From Lama guanicoe (Eukaryota), in the NCBI GenBank assembly GCA_013239625.1, contig MU053352.1, positions 355,485 to 419,484 on the forward strand: a stretch of DNA of 64,000 nucleotides. The letters are read 5' to 3'. This document shows positions 1-15,109 of this stretch, one piece after another; position 1 is the first letter of the stretch, and each line of letters opens with the position of its first letter. A program made the translations under genes and the position numbers. Below the pieces are notes generated by a model. That model made no database searches and was not told where the DNA came from. It was given only the letters and a program-made list of their open reading frames with translations.

Positions 1-2150
1 TGAGTGATGCGAACCAGATTCCGCTGCTGTGCGTCCGCTTTGCCCAGACTGTGTAGACACGACCTGTGTCTCACCTCGGTACCTCCCTTCCTGGGACAGG
101 GTCCTTAGGCACAAAGGCTTCTCGCTGTGTTTTTGCTTAAAAGAGTGGGATGAGTCTGTGCTCATGTGGATATTTTTAGGGAGCTCCTGCTGGACGGCTT
201 GCAAACTCCTAGCAGATCATCTGAGCCCTGCTCACCAGCTCCATTGCCAGTGTAGACAAGTCAGCACCTTGGCAACCACGTCATCCTGCAGACTGAAGTT
301 GTGGGTGCAGCTGTGCCGTCACCAGCCTTGTGGAGATGCAGTTTCCGGTTCACCTGGGGCAAGCGTGGCACTTGGAAGGGCCAGAAGTGGTGATTTGGAA
401 CATTGGCTTCTGGGAAGGGAGGCTTGGAGAAAGTGGAAACTGGGGGCCCTCCTTGTCCTGGGAATGCAGGAGAAAGCTCTCTGAGGCCAACCCCTCCCTG
501 TGTTCTTGGCCTGCCTCTGGCCCCAGCCCTTCCTTATTTCGAAGTGAAGAAAGGGCCCCCATAGCAAACTTGAAATTGCTCACCTGAAGTTGCCACATAG
601 GATTTTAGCTCAGCCCCACCTGTCTTAACCTCCATGTTTACTGTCAGCCTAGCCAGCTGCAGCACCACCCATGGTCCTCAGAGCTCGAGGTGCCTGCTCC
701 TGTCGGGGACCCCGGGTGGCTGCGGGCCACCCCCTGCCCGGAGTCACGGGCAGTCTGCTGCTGGCTTGGGAGTGGGTGCAGTTTCCAAGAACGGGAGGCT
801 TCCCACCCCAAGCGATAGGGAGTGTGGTTAATAATAACTAATTTGACTTTAAGCTCAAGAGATTAAGTGTTTTTAATATGGGAAAGAGGAGAAATCTCAG
901 GTCCAATCAGCTTTTCACTGAAGTTTTCAACTGTGTTTTTGTTTCCCATCCGTCAGTTTTGAGCTATGTTTGCCCTTCCCCCCCTTCCTCTCCTTCTGTC
1001 TTTTGGTTTCCTTTCCAGCTTCGTTTCTCTGTTCGTTTAAACGCACCTCATCGCGTTACAGCAGATCATGTCTGTGTTTTCTCACTGACCTTCCTCGGGG
1101 AGCGGCAGCTGCGGGAGGGAGAGTGGAGAGACATGTAGCGATTGCCTTACTTGGAGCCCGGAGAGCTCAGAAACTCGCGCTGTGAGTCCCAAAACTCAGC
1201 GCTCCCCCAGAGCTGTGAAAATCATGACAGTCTGTCACAATTTTGCCTGAAAGGGTCTTTTGCGCGGGCACCAGAGCCAACCTAAGGTGAATTCTAGACC
1301 CCACCCCACATACGATCCTCCCCACCCGCCAGGCTGAGAGCAGCAGAGGGTGCGGCCGGGCAGCCAACCCAGGACGGAAACAGCCAGTGCTCTGTCTCCA
1401 GGCTAGGATTTCATCTCATCACCAATACCGTGTACATTAAAGTCCGCGAAAGTCCAACTTTTAGGCAGCGGTACTTTTCTCCCATCCCCTGGGGGGAGAG
1501 TATGCAGTTGGTGCTTTCTTGAATTCCCTTGTTATGTTTTGTTTCCATAAGCTTTTCCCCGAATCATGGAAAGGACCCCTGAACACCGTACTGTGGGCAG
1601 CTGTATCCAGAGTCTCAGTTATTGGCCAGAGGTGCAGCATGCCCTTTCCTGGACTCATGCAAGAGAAGGGCTCCTCACCACAGCTGAACTTCTCATAGAA
1701 GTAAAAAGCTGACTGGAAAGGAAGGATTAATTTTACTAAAATCAAAGGTTAGTATGACCACCTAGCCACAAATCAAGCAGCAAAGTCCATTTATTTTGAT
1801 GGCGAAGTGAGGGTCCCTGTCCCGTTGGCCACCCAGCACAGCAAACCCTCGGGTTCAATGCCTGTTCACTGTGTGTCTTCACGAACCCCTCTCTGGTGCT
1901 GAATCAGATTTTAATTCTTGGTGAGAGGCCTCAGCATCTCCTTGGGCTGTTCTGGGCCGGAAAATCGCTGCCTGAAGTGTTTATATATTATCATGGTCAG
2001 TAGTTGAGTGAAATTTGTACATTTTTGGTAACATTGGCAAACCTGATGCCCCTGCAGTCCCTTTTCTGTTTGGTAGTTTGTGACTCTAAAATTCCCACTG
2101 TTGTGTGTGTTAATTTATGAAAATAAAAAAAAATTTTTTTTTTTTTGGAA
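1..2150 (+). other. PRR14L: Terminal part of a long 3'UTR, probably PRR14L (synteny inference)
   Basis: No recognisable TE or credible ORF over ~2.1 kb. It ends in AATAAA (2122-2127) followed by a T-rich tract. In human, PRR14L lies upstream of PISD on the same strand. No coding exon is in the window, so identity is inferred. Confidence 0.5.
2122..2127 (+). terminator. Polyadenylation signal AATAAA of the upstream gene
   Basis: AATAAA preceded by TGTA/UG-rich sequence and followed by a T-run (2134-2146). Confidence 0.55.
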
Positions 2151-4754
2151 AATCTTTCAAGTAACTCTTGAGGGTGTTATTCTTTTGGCTTCATAAGTTA
2201 AAAATTGACCTGTAAAGTCATAAAGTTGTTTTTTTTTTATTTAAATAGACATTCCAAAGTTACCTATCACAACAAGCATTGTCCCTTCCACAGTGGTCCC
2301 CGTTTTCTCAGGACTGTCCTGTGCTCAGAACGTATGGTGAACTCCACCTTCATGTGACCTTCTGAGCCTGTGCTGGAGCTTTTTAAGTTTGCTCAGAGGT
2401 GGCAGATCATCTCTTGTGTGGGAATTTGGTGTTTGGAAACAGCCAAGACTCAGATTGGAGTCACACCCAATTAAGTTTGGTCAGGCTGCCCAACGAGTCT
2501 TTCAGGTGTGATTTTTGAACACCTGGAAGAGCAAACAGCAGTTATAAGTTCAGGTCAAAATAAATTTCAGATATTCACAACATATTTGGAATAAGAGCTT
2601 AGCTTGTTAAGGAAGCTCCTTGGGAGAGTACAAATATGGTGGAATATGTTCATTTACTTTTAAAAAGGTCTCACCTTTTATCATATCCTTCGCAGCTGTA
2701 CGTCAGGTTAGGCTGTGAGTCTTCTGGGTCTCACCTCCTTGTTTAACCAGTGCATACTGGTGAAAGAGTGACTCTGGAAACGGCTCCTTAACACCACGCT
2801 TACGCGTTCCGGAAAGAAGCATGATTCCTGAGAGTGTCCTTCCTCTGTCCAGAGGAAAAGCAGTGCCCTGTTTCCCTTGCCAGCCTCCTTCCAATTCTTA
2901 GGCTTCCTCAATAAAGATCTCTGTGTCATCTGTCACATTGGGGAGCATCCTTCCTGGCAGCTGTTTTTCTGCTGCGGTTCGGTTTCACGGTGACTTGGGG
3001 AAAAGTCCTCTTCTGCACCTCTGCTTCCTTTAGGAGGGAGAGGCGTGACCACCCATGGCACTGTTAGCCCTTGAGCATCCCCCATCACAGAATCTTCAGT
3101 CCTGAGACTGAGGACTGGTTGAAACATGGAAGGATCCCCGACCGTGTCCTGCCCTCCTCATGTGATGGACACCTCATTTCTGCAGCTCCTTCTGGGACCT
3201 CTCTTGAGAATTGTTCTAGAAAATTCCCAATTCTTCAAGCAATCTCCAGGGCCACAGGTGAGTCCTGCATAACATCTTTCTCAAACATGCAGTGTCTTCT
3301 CCTTCCTCACCGTCAGCCCATAGCTTTGTTTCTGCGTTGCGGACCCTTTGCAGTTTCTGGAACAGCACGGGCGTGGTCCTTCCTTTGAGGTGTTCTCTCG
3401 GTGTCCCCTGTGCCTGGAAGGCCCTTCTCCCACATTGCTCCATGGTCCCCTCAGGCACTGGTCAGATCTTGGCCTTCTGGGAGCACTGCCTGAAAGTGTA
3501 TCCCCTCCCATCATGCATCCTCCTTCCGATGATCTATTTTTCTAGAACTTACCACCACCTCCCTGTATATGCTCATCACTGAAATGCAGTCTCCTTGAGG
3601 TCAGGGACTATCTCTCTGGTCCCTCCTGTGGCCTCCCAGGCACCTAAAACAGTGCCTGACCCATGTAGGATCTCAGGAAACCCTTCATGGGTAAATAGCT
3701 CCCTTAATCAACAGACCCTACTACTTGACAGACCAGCTGAGGTCCTTTTCATCCTGCCAACTCTGAGCATCTGAAGACCTCATAATTCTCCTCCCTTTCA
3801 GTTACTTTTCAGAGGACTCATTGCTGGCCTCGTGCCATCTGATTGGCTGTAGCTCAAGGCGGGGCAGGGCCAGCCAAGGAATTCCCACCTCTGCACAGCA
3901 TCCTGTGAGATGGCCCACCTGGGAGGTAGGTACTGCCCAACCTGGAGCCTGTATCCTTGGCCCTGGGCATGGATGGGCCAGGATGCCAAGGGTGGAGGCT
4001 CATGCAGATAGGAATTGCCTTGAGAATTTTTCTCCTTTTTGTATTTTTAATTTCAGACTCTTGGAGATGGTAAGATGGTTCCTGGAAGAGTGCAAACACG
4101 GGAGCAAGTACCCCCTGGGTACTGCAACAGCTGATGACTCTGGGCGCCCCTCACATCCTTCCCCAACTGCTGCCAGCCCAAGGGATCTTGGAAAAACAGT
4201 TCTGCGCTTGTCAGAACCTCTCCCTTAAGATCCTTCCTTGGTGTTCCCCTCACCCCCAGATAAGGATGGTAACTGTCAGTTACTGACCAAGCACCAAGCA
4301 TTTGGTATTTATCACCTTCGTGAATCCTCACAACAACTTGGTGAGGTAGATGTGGTTTTTAATCTCCACTTTGTAGATGAGGAAACTGAGATATAAAGAC
4401 AGATTAGATGTCCCATCTGCACAGGAAGTGTTAGAGCCCTGGTCTGCTGACCAGGAGGACCTGTGCTGGCAAACCCGACATCTCTGCCCCCTCTTTCCTC
4501 TGCAACCCATCCCTCCACCATTCGGAATTTCCTCCAGTTCCTCAAATCCTCCATGCTGTCCTTGGCTGGACGCTCTGGGCTGGGGCTGGGGCTGGCAAAC
4601 AAGGCCTTGCCCTCCGGAAGCTCATGGTGGGTAGGGGATGTGGGCGAGTGGGCAGGCAGTTCAGAGGATGGGGTGTGCATGAGCTGAGCAAGCATCTAAG
4701 AGGGGTGACCAACAGAGGAGGGAGTGACCACGCTGGGGAAGGCCTCCAGAGATC

Positions 4755-5680
<926 letters not shown>

Positions 5681-6379
5681 GTATTTTTTTAAGTACATAA
5701 ATCACATACTTAGTACGTATCCATTAGCATCTTGGTTATTTTCAATCAACATTTTTTTTTGAGATTTGCTCAGGTTGATATACAGAGATCTGGGCCATTT
5801 CTTTGCTGTAGAATAGACCATCACAGAAAGGTAACTGGGGAAGGTCTTCACCAATAGAGGTTCAGAGTCTGTTGGAAGAGACCTGGAATTGTCCAGAAAC
5901 CTCTGTTCCAGGAAAAGCAAAGGTCAAACTGGGTTCTTCTGCAAAAGGATTTTCCAATTAAGGATTGAGAACATAAGCATATCATTAGAGCAAAGCTGTC
6001 AAAGTGTCAGTATCTCCTCTTGGCCTTGGGAAAAAATGCATCTTAGAAACAGGAGGCGACAGCCTCATTTGGCGCGTTGCCTCATCTCCCTGTGATGCTG
6101 CAGGTGGGTGTGATGAAATAAGTGATGTATCTGTCACCTCCACAACTCAGAGGAAACTTCCTTTTACAGAACTGGTCATCTCAAGCAGTTAATACAATTA
6201 TTGGCAAGATTAAGTCAAAGCTGAAATTAAAATGAGCAAAACCTTAAAGTTATACATTTTTAAAGAATTCCTTTGGAAAGAAAAATAGTAAAAAATAGAA
6301 TAAGCTGTTTAGGTACCCTCGCATCATACACACAAAATCTGAATTAGAAGTATATGCCGTGTGTGTGTGTGCATGTGTG

Positions 6380-6790
6380 TGTGAGCTATCGTTGCAATGT
6401 TGTCATGTAACAAACTACCCCAGATTCGGTGGAGGACAACAGTGAGCATTTACTCTCGTGCCGGTGGGTCTGCAGGTTGACTGTGGGTTGGCTCAGCAGA
6501 GCCTACCTGTAGTTTCGGTGCTAGCAGATTTCAAGCATCTCTCATGCTCCTCACCCCGGCAGCTCCCCAGAGCAAGAGGGCTAAGCCAAACCACACAGGC
6601 ACTTTCAAGGCCTCTGCTGTCCTCTCATCCCTAAATGTTCCACCGACCAAAGCAAGTCACATGGCCAAGCTCAACATCAACCACACAGGGAAAAATATTC
6701 TGCCCACAGTGGGAAGAATTGCAGAGCTACGTGGGAAAGAGCGTGAATAGAGAACAGGGAGGGGCTGAAGTGCTGATTCAGTCCACCACG
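6380..6790. mobile_element. MaLR LTR (MLT1-type) remnant
   Basis: Typical MLT1 motifs (taacaaactacccca..., gcaagtcacatggccaagctcaacatca). Confidence 0.6.
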
Positions 6791-7589
6791 ATGTGTGAGT
6801 AAGGAACAAAATTGGTAACGGTTACGGGCCATAGAAGCCAAAAACTTGCTCTACCTGAAATGCAGTCTTATAAACAGCATGAAAGGTAAGAAATCCTTTT
6901 TAAAATCTGCTTTGCTAAACGAGTAATCTTTGCCAGTGTTTCAGGCCCCAGCTTCAAAAACCCAGTAATGAAAATCTTAGCAGGAACCCTTGGAATTTCT
7001 TCCTGGGGCTGCATGCTGCGAACCACTCAGATTTTAAAGCCGAATCAGTTTCTTGCAACAAAAAGTTGGGTTTGCTGAATGGGGTAAAATGCCTTTGGCA
7101 TTCCTAGCATCCGCCTCTACCTCAGCTCTGGACTCAGCGACCAGCAACAGAGTTCTATTGTTACACCTCAGTACTCACATTGTCCCAGTGTTCTCTGGAA
7201 GGCACAGGAGTCGTACAAAGTCACCCTGAAGAATGGTGGACAATCTGGGTGAAATGGAGTCACCCAGACATCAGGTTGGAGTATCCAGCCCCACCATTCA
7301 CTCGCCGACGCTGAACCTGACCAAGCCGCGTGATCTCTCCTTGTCTTTAAGATGAAAGGCTTGAACATGAGGGATCCACCCTCAGCCGCTCTTGCTACTC
7401 CCAATCCAACTCTTGATTTTTTTTAATTAAACATTTTATTCTGACATAATTGTAGATTGACATACACTTAAGAAATAATACAGAAAAAGTCTGGCATGCC
7501 CTTTACCCAGCTTCCCTCCATGGTAACATCTTGCAAAACTATATGATATCACAATGCTGTCGTCAATACAGCCAGGATACAGGACATTT

Positions 7590-7912
7590 CTGCTGTGGTC
7601 TCAGTGTCTTCCCGCGTTCTGAAATTCTAACCCCCCGAGATGATGCTCATAGGAGGTGGGGGCTTTGGGAGGCGCTGAAGTCATGTAGGAAGAGCTGCCT
7701 TGTAGTAGAGGGTACAGAGAGACCCCTAGCCCCTTCCACCGAGTGAGAACACAACCAGAAGTCTGCAACCCAGAGAGGACCCTCACCTGACCGTGCTAGC
7801 ACCTTGATCTTGGACTGTCTAGCCTCTAGACCTGTGAGAAATAAATTCCTATTGTTTTTTAGTTTGCCCAGTCTGTGGTATTTTGTTATGGGAGCCCAAA
7901 CAGGCTTAGACA
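7590..7912 (+). mobile_element. MLT1A/B-type solo LTR nested in an old L1 3' fragment (~7415-8160)
   Basis: tgctgtggtc...accttgatcttggac..tagcctctagacctgtgagaaataaatt...ctgtggtattttgttatg...ttagaca. L1 3'UTR-like sequence lies on both sides. Confidence 0.7.
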
Positions 7913-8219
7913 ATTTCCATCAAGATGCAGTACATTTCTACCACCACAAAGATCTCTTATGAAACCCTCTGGGAGCCATGCCCATCTTCCTCCCCACCCC
8001 CATCCCTTTCCCTCAGGCAACCACTAATGTGTTCTCCATTTCTACTATAATTTTATCATTTCTAGAATGTTGTATAAACGGAGTCATACAATTTGTAACC
8101 TTTTGAGACAAATTTTTTTTACTCAGCATAATTCTCTTGAGATTTATCCAGGTTGTTAATTTCGATGGGCACATTTTCCCCCTGTACCCATTGGGGTTTT
8201 TGTTTGGGGTTTTGGGGGG

Positions 8220-8665
8220 GTTATTTATTTGAGGTATATAGCTGATTTACAGTGTTGTGTTAGTTTCTGGTGTACAGCAAAGTGATTCAGGTATATACGT
8301 GTGTGTGTATATACATATGATATATAGAATCACTTAGTATGATCATCTCTAGGTCCATCCATGTTGCTGCAAATGGCAAGATTTCATTCTTTTATGGCTG
8401 AGTAGTATTCCACTGTATATACATACAACATCATTATTCAGTTATCTGTCGATGGACATTTAAGTTGCTTCCAAGTCTTAGCTATTTGTGAATAGTGTCA
8501 CTATGAACATTAGTGTGCATGTGTCTTTTCAAATTAGAGGGTTTTTTCTGGATATGTGCCCAGGACTAGGATTGCTGGATCATATGATATCTCTGTTTTT
8601 ATAGTTTTTTAAAGGAACCTCCATACTGTTTTCCATAGTGGCTGCACCAATTTACATTCCTACCA
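8220..8665 (-). mobile_element. L1 3' end fragment
   Basis: Antisense L1 3'UTR/ORF2 end (tccatccatgttgctgcaaatggcaagatttcattc...ccatagtggctgcaccaatttacattcc). Confidence 0.8.
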
Positions 8666-9180
8666 TTAGTATTTTCTGGTTGCCAACTTTTTCAACTCTA
8701 AGTCTGGGATATAGGAGGAAAAAAGAAAACCCGGGAACTCACCACCATGTCATTATTTGTGCTTTGAATTACCTAGTTTGTCTGCCTCTAACTAATGTTC
8801 AGAGTCTTCTTACATTTTACCTATTATGCCCAGAGATTTTATTGCATAGTAAGACCAGGGAAAATTACACCGACTTTATCTCCTCAGAAGTGGACACTGG
8901 AGGTAAGATTTTCATGAGCAAATTTGATCGTGTTGCTTCCTTGCTCCAAATACCTCAGTGGCTTCCAGTTATTCTTCAATAAACCCCAAATCCCTGCCTG
9001 GGGATTTATCCACCAGCCTCACCTTGGCTACTCTCTCCTCCTCTCTCAGGGTAGACATCAGGTCCTCAAATGATGCTGAAGCTGTTTCCTCTGCATGGAA
9101 CAGTATTTCCTCTCCGCGTGGAACAGTATTTCCTGCCTAGTGTCTTCCCGCTTCCCCTACTTCTCGACTCTTCGTTCAGG

Positions 9181-9480
9181 TCTATATTAGTTTCCTTTTG
9201 CTGCACAAACAAAATACCACAAACTCAGTGACCTAAAACATTACAAATCTCTTATCTTATAGTTCTGGAGGTCAGAAGTCTAGAATGGGTCTCCCTGGGC
9301 TAAAATCAAGATGGTCATAGGACCACATTCCTTCTGGAGTCTGTAGAGGAGGAGCCATTTCTTTGTTCAGGTTCGAGAGGCTGCCGCATTCCCTGGCTCC
9401 TGGCTCCCTCCCATCTTCAAAGCCAGCAGCATCTGGTTGACTCTTTCTCCTGAATCACAATAAAGCAGAAGAGGGGACAG
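9181..9480 (-). mobile_element. MLT1-type LTR fragment
   Basis: tattagtttcc...aaataccacaaactcagtg...agttctggaggtcagaagtc...ctaaaatcaag motif set. Confidence 0.65.
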
Positions 9481-10139
9481 AGTGATGGAGGTGCCATTAG
9501 AACAGTGCCACTGATGGCAGACAGGCAGGCAGGTTTCCAAGCGGGTAACTTTTGCAATGCCCACGAGCCAGCGTGCCCAGCCAGACCAGTGTAAACGTCA
9601 TGCCAGTTCTCTTGAAATGGGATCTTCTCTGAGTCTCTCATCTTGCAGTGCTGTTTACCAAATTTCTTGTACATTCCTAAAGCTTTGAAGCCACCAAGTT
9701 TCCAGCCAACAAGATGGGGCTGTCTGGATTCTGCAAACTGAGGCTTCAGGGAACCTCAGCGCAGCTTGCAGAGCTGGACCTCCTGAGGCCACGCAGCCCC
9801 GGGTAACGGCTGCCTCCACCCCAGAAGTGGTCCTCTCCTTCTGAGCAGGTCCATCTCCAAATCTTACTCATGTGCAGCTCTTCTAGAACTTGACTCATGG
9901 TGCTGTAGGTGGCAGTTTGATGTCTGTCTCCCCTCAAGGAGTTGTGAGCTCCTGGGAGACTTGGGGCCACAACTGGGGTCCCCTGGGGCTAGCCCTGGGC
10001 CTGTGCTTGTTGAAGGCTAAGCTCCTTTTTTGTCCTTTTCCAGGAGTCTTAACGTGCTTTCCTTTGTGTCTGTCACCAAACCTGTTACCTTCTCCACACC
10101 AGTTTGAACTGCACATCTAACTGATGATTTGTGTCCTTC

Positions 10140-11190
10140 CATTTAAAAAATTGGGTGACATTCACATAACAGAAAATGAACTTTCTTTGGAAAAGAAGAA
10201 AATATCTCTGATTTACTGTATTTTATGGCGATAAAAATATATAACATACAATCTAAGTATGTAATTCAGTGTCTAAGCACATTCACAATGTTGTGCAACC
10301 ATCACCACTGTCTATTTCCAAAACGTTTTCCTCATCCCAAACTCTGTAACCATTAAGCAAAACTCCCCATACCACCCTCCCTCCCAGCCCCTGGTAACCA
10401 CTCTTCTTTCTGTCTCTGTGAATTTGCTTGTTCTAGGTGCTTCATATAAATGGAATCACTTAACATGTGTCCTTTGGTATCTGGTGTATTTCACTTAGTG
10501 TCTTCAGGGCTCAACCATGTTGTAGCCTGTGTTGGCCTTTCCATCCTTCTAAAGGCTGAATATTATTCCATTATGTGTACAGACCACGTTTGGTTTACCC
10601 ATTCACCTGTTGATAGACTCTGGTCTGTGTTCTCTGGTGCACAAGTATGAGTCAGAATTCCTGCTTTCGTGCCTTTGGGTACTTGCCTAGGAGTAGAATT
10701 GTTGGGTCATAAGGTCACTCTATGTCCAGCTCTTTGAGGAAATGCTGGACTGGCTTTCACAGTGGCTACACCATCGAACCTCCCCACCAGTAGTGTAAAA
10801 AGGTTCCTGTTTCCCCACATCCTCTCCCACACTTGTTCTTTTCTGTATCTTTAAGAACTGTATAGCATAATTAATGGGCGTGGAGTGATTGGGAATCTCA
10901 TTTGACTGAGTAACCTCATGACTGGTATCTCAGTGTGGTTTTGATTTGCATTGCCCGAATGGTGAGTGCCATTAAATGTTTTTTTCATGTCCTTGTTAGT
11001 CATTTGTTTATTTTCAGAGACACACTATTCAAGTCCTTGGCCTGTTTTTAAATTATGTTGTTGAAATATTAAAGTGAACAATTCAGTGGCATTTAGTGCA
11101 TTCACAGTGTGGTACAACCATCTTTTGTCTAGTTCAAGAACATTTGCATCATCTAGGCAGTAGGGTAAAATCCTATTGTGCCCATTAAGC
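10140..11190 (-). mobile_element. Old L1 (L1M-type) 3' fragments
   Basis: Antisense L1 3'UTR motifs (cacaatgttgtgcaaccatcacc; ggttttgatttgcatt). Confidence 0.7.
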
Positions 11191-11264
11191 AGTTACTGGT
11201 GTTGCCTCATTTTAACAGATGGAGAAACAGGCTTTGAGACAATAAGCAACTGTGCAGGTCACAC

Positions 11265-11676
11265 TGTGTTATATGGTGAATTGTGTCCCCACCACCCAAT
11301 TAGTATGTTGAAGTCCTAACCCCAGAACCTTCAGAATATGGCTCTATTTACAGGTAGAGATTTTAAAGACATGATTAAGTTAAAATGAGGCCATAAGGGT
11401 AGGGTCCCCTACCCTTATCCAATCGGACTGGTATCCTTATAAGAAGAGGAAATTTAGACACACAGAGAGATGCCACGGATGGGTGTAGACAGAGGAAAGA
11501 CAGGGTGAGGAGACAGAATGAGGCTATCCACGAGCCAACGAGAGAGGCCACAGAAGAAATCAAACCTGCTGACAACTTGATTTTGGACTTCTAGCTCCAG
11601 AACTGTGAGAAAATACGTTGTATTGTTCAAGCCACGGTCTGTGCTGCTTTGTTATGGCGGCCTGAGCAAACTAATA
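11265..11676 (+). mobile_element. MLT1B-like solo LTR
   Basis: tg..gaattgtgtcccc...atgttgaagtcctaacccc...cagaagaaatcaaacctgctgaca..ttgattttggacttctagctccagaactgtgaga...ctaata. Confidence 0.75.
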
Positions 11677-12024
11677 TAGTTGACCTTTGAACAGCACTGG
11701 TCTGAACTGAATGAGTGCACTGATACTGCGATTTTTTTTTCAATAAATAATTGAATCATTGGAAAAGCTTTTAGAAGATTTTTGACCATTTGAAAAAAAC
11801 TCACAAACCACGTAGCCTAGAAATATCAAAAAAAAAAGTAGGTGTGTCATGAGCGCATAAAATGATGATATACACAAAACATAGAAAGTATGTGTTAGTC
11901 AACCATTTATGTGATTGGTAAGGTTATCAGTAGTTCAGTTTGGGGGAGTCAACAGTTACAAGCATATTTTCAACTACACAAGGGGTTGGCACCCCTGACC
12001 CCCTCATTGTTCAAGGGTCAACTG
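11677..12024. mobile_element. Tigger2-family (TcMar) non-autonomous DNA transposon
   Basis: Terminal inverted repeats tagttgacctttgaaca (11677) and tgttcaagggtcaactg (ends 12024). Confidence 0.8.
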
Positions 12025-12466
12025 TGCATACTGTTTATAAGAGGCCCAGCAAGGATTCAGACACTTTCAGAGCCCAAGCCTCCCCTCAGTGAATCAGCAG
12101 TGATGACTGGCTCCTCCCCACCACCACCCAAGGCTGACCTGATCACTACACACAGCAGGGAAAGTGTTAGGGGCCCTGATATTGCTGGGAGGCCACAGCG
12201 GTACTTTAATTTTTTATTTTAAATAAGAAAAAAAAATGAATAGAATTATAATGATGAGCCAGGCCCAGATTCTACTTTCTGTACTTAAAAAAAATTGAGG
12301 CACAGTTGATTTACAGTATCAGATACCCTTCAGATATACAGCATAGTGATTCACAATTTTTAAGTTTTACTCCATTGATAGCTATTATAAAATATCAGCT
12401 ATATTCCCTGTATTGCACCTGGATTCCACTGTCTTCATATCAACACAGTTGTAAACTATAGTTTTT

Positions 12467-12567
12467 ATTTTTATTGGTTTTTTTTTTAATGGAGGTACTG
12501 GGGATTGAACCAAGGGCCTTGTGCATGATAAGCATGTGCTCTACCACTAAGTGATATCCATCCCCCC
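12467..12567 (-). mobile_element. Camelid tRNA-derived SINE (Vic-1-like)
   Basis: Reverse complement reads gggg..gatatcacttagtggtagagcacatgctt..catgcacaaggcccttggttcaatccccagtacctcc plus an A-tail. It is flanked by near-perfect TSDs aactatagttttt (12454) / aactataattttt (12568). Confidence 0.85.
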
Positions 12568-13285
12568 AACTATAATTTTTAATTTTTTTTTTTTCTGGAA
12601 GAAGTCATCCATGAAGGCAAAAGTATCTAGGACCAAAGAAAGTCATAATGAAGCCTGGCCATCGCCCACCCACAGCTCTGGAAATTCAAAGTTGATTAAA
12701 AACTCATCCTTCAATCCTAGGCTAATTCTGCCCCCTCATGGCCAGAGAAAAATCACAGCAGAAAGTAATGCGCAGTAGCTGTTGGAGAATTTACACCCAC
12801 CAGATGATTGACATTATGCTGCATCATTTCATCCTCACAATACCATGAGGTAAGCGATAGCTAAATGTCCAGATAAGTCATCAAAGATCAGAGCAGTTAG
12901 GAATTTAACTAGGGACACATAACAGGTTAGTGGGGAGCTGGTAAGCCCTGGGACTTAGAGAGAAGACAGGAAGGTGAGAATTGCAGTAGTGCGCCAAGCT
13001 TGCAGTTTGGAGACAGAGCGGAAACTCTGGAGAGTTTGTGTAGTCAGCGTCTTTCATGCTGTCTGCATTTCTTTAGAGTCAGATACTGTGCTTAGGGAAC
13101 TGTGATGGGGATTGTTTCTAAACACAACTTAAGTCATCAGAAATGCAAGCTATCCTCTAAGGAAGTTGCATTTTCAAAGTAGAGAAGTATTTGATTTTGA
13201 TGCCTCATTCACAACTCTTTGGAAGCGCATGTCAAATAGTCTATAGTAGTAAGTTTTCAAGTATTAAGAGTTCATGGGGACAATG

Positions 13286-13874
13286 TTCATAGCAGCACTA
13301 TTTACAATAGCCAAGACATGGAAACAACCTAAATGTTCATCAATGAATGACTGGATAAAGAAGCTGTGGTATATTTATACTGTGGAATACTACTCGGCCA
13401 TAAAAAATAAAATAATGCCATTTGCAGCAACACAGATGGACCTGGAGATTGTCATTCTAAGTGAAATAAGCCAGAAAGAGAAAGAAAAATACCATATGAA
13501 ATCACTTATGTGTGAAATCTGAAAAAAAAAAGACAAATGAACTTATTTACAAAACAGAAAAAGACTCATAGACATAGAAAACAAACTTATGGTTATGGTG
13601 GAGAAGGGGGTAGGAAGGGATAAATTGGGACTTTGAGATTTGCAGATACTAACTACTATATATAAAACAGATAAACAAAAAGGTCCTACTGCACAAAAAG
13701 TGTTCCAACAGTAGTCCCTGTATAGCACAGGGAACTTGATTCAGTATCTTACAGTAACCTATAATGAAAAAGAATATGAAAATGAATATATGTATGTGTA
13801 CGACTGAACTATTATTCTGTCCACCAGAAACTGACACAACATTGTAAACTGACTAGACTTCAATTTAAAAACAA
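13286..13874 (+). mobile_element. 5'-truncated L1 with TSD
   Basis: ORF2 C-terminus MFIAALFTIAKTWKQPKC..WIKKLWYIYTVEYYSAIK followed by 3'UTR. TSD agttc(a/t)tggggacaatg at 13269-13285 and 13875-13891. Confidence 0.9.
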
Positions 13875-15109
13875 AGTTCTTGGGGACAATGAGTAGCTGT
13901 CACCAAGGAACACCCCTGCTGCTGACGGCTTCCTTCCCGCTCTGCTCACACACCGCCAGCCTCTCCAAAACCAGAGGCCCTGGTGCCTCGTCCCGAGCGG
14001 ATGTGACTTATCCAACTTTTCCAACAAAGTGTCAGTGGCCCCTTTTGCAACTAAAGAAGCGACATCAAGGACCAGCAGCAATGGCATGCCCAGTCAATTC
14101 TTGCTTTATTCTTTTACAATATCAAATTTCCCAAAGTAAAATAACCAAAGTAGTCCTAAAAGTACACAAAACAGATCTTCATCTTTGTCTTCCTTTCCCG
14201 ATAAACACAAGAAGTACGCACAGAGTGTTTAATAATATGCAACACGCAAAAGCTTTTGTTGCTGTTAGCAACCCCTACACCCAAATGCGCTCAGGACTGT
14301 CTTTTACTAAAACCACTCAGCCCTTTCTTTTCTGCTTCTTCTGTGAGTTTGGAAAAATAGACTCTCTCTAACCCACCCATGTTACAGTAGAGACAATGTT
14401 TTTGGGGGTACGGCAACCAGAAGGACTAGAATTTGGTCACTTGTCCAAGAGGCTCCCCAGGAGCTACCTTTTGGGGTAACTTCACTTCCACTGTGTCATG
14501 CAAACTGCACAGACCTGTTTCAGGTAAATAATCTACTTCCATTTCCCAATTGCTCCTCTGCTCCTGCAGCACCAGGACAACTTTTCCTGGGCCAATAAAG
14601 GTGGCCACGAGCCTGCAACGAACTCAGCCCCACTGACTACATTTATCTGCCTGCAAGTCATGCACCACATTCAATCTGCAGCACGGCTTTGGAAGAACTT
14701 GAATCATGTTCTCGGAGAGGCCAGGTGCTGGAGGTGAGGCCCCAGGAACCCGCCGCCCCCCTTACGGTCTCCTTTTTGCCTCTGTAGCTCAGTCTGTGTT
14801 TGTTTCTATCGCTGCCTCTTCCTTTTCTCCCGACTTCTCTTTGTCCAGCACCTCCCCCTTCTCCTCGTTAAATGGACAGAATCTAGAATTGACTTATTAT
14901 TTGAAAAACTTATGGAGCAAAATCCCAAGTCAGGCACATATTACCTTAAAATCACAGAACTTTATAGCTGGAAGGAGGCCTTATTAAAGGTTTTATACAC
15001 ACACACACACAGATACATATAGGTATCTATTTTTTAAACTCCAAAGGGTTGGGATATGTGTGTATATATTTGTGTGTGTGTATATATGTACACATATTTA
15101 AATATTTTT

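Noticed and set aside
9085..9135. Direct repeat tggaacagtatttcct x2
   Set aside because: Small tandem duplication in a decayed repeat; not an array or CRISPR-like structure.
12467..12567. tRNA-like A/B boxes (also at ~16370 and ~26410)
   Set aside because: A-rich tails and a TSD, with no full cloverleaf: SINEs, not tRNA genes.
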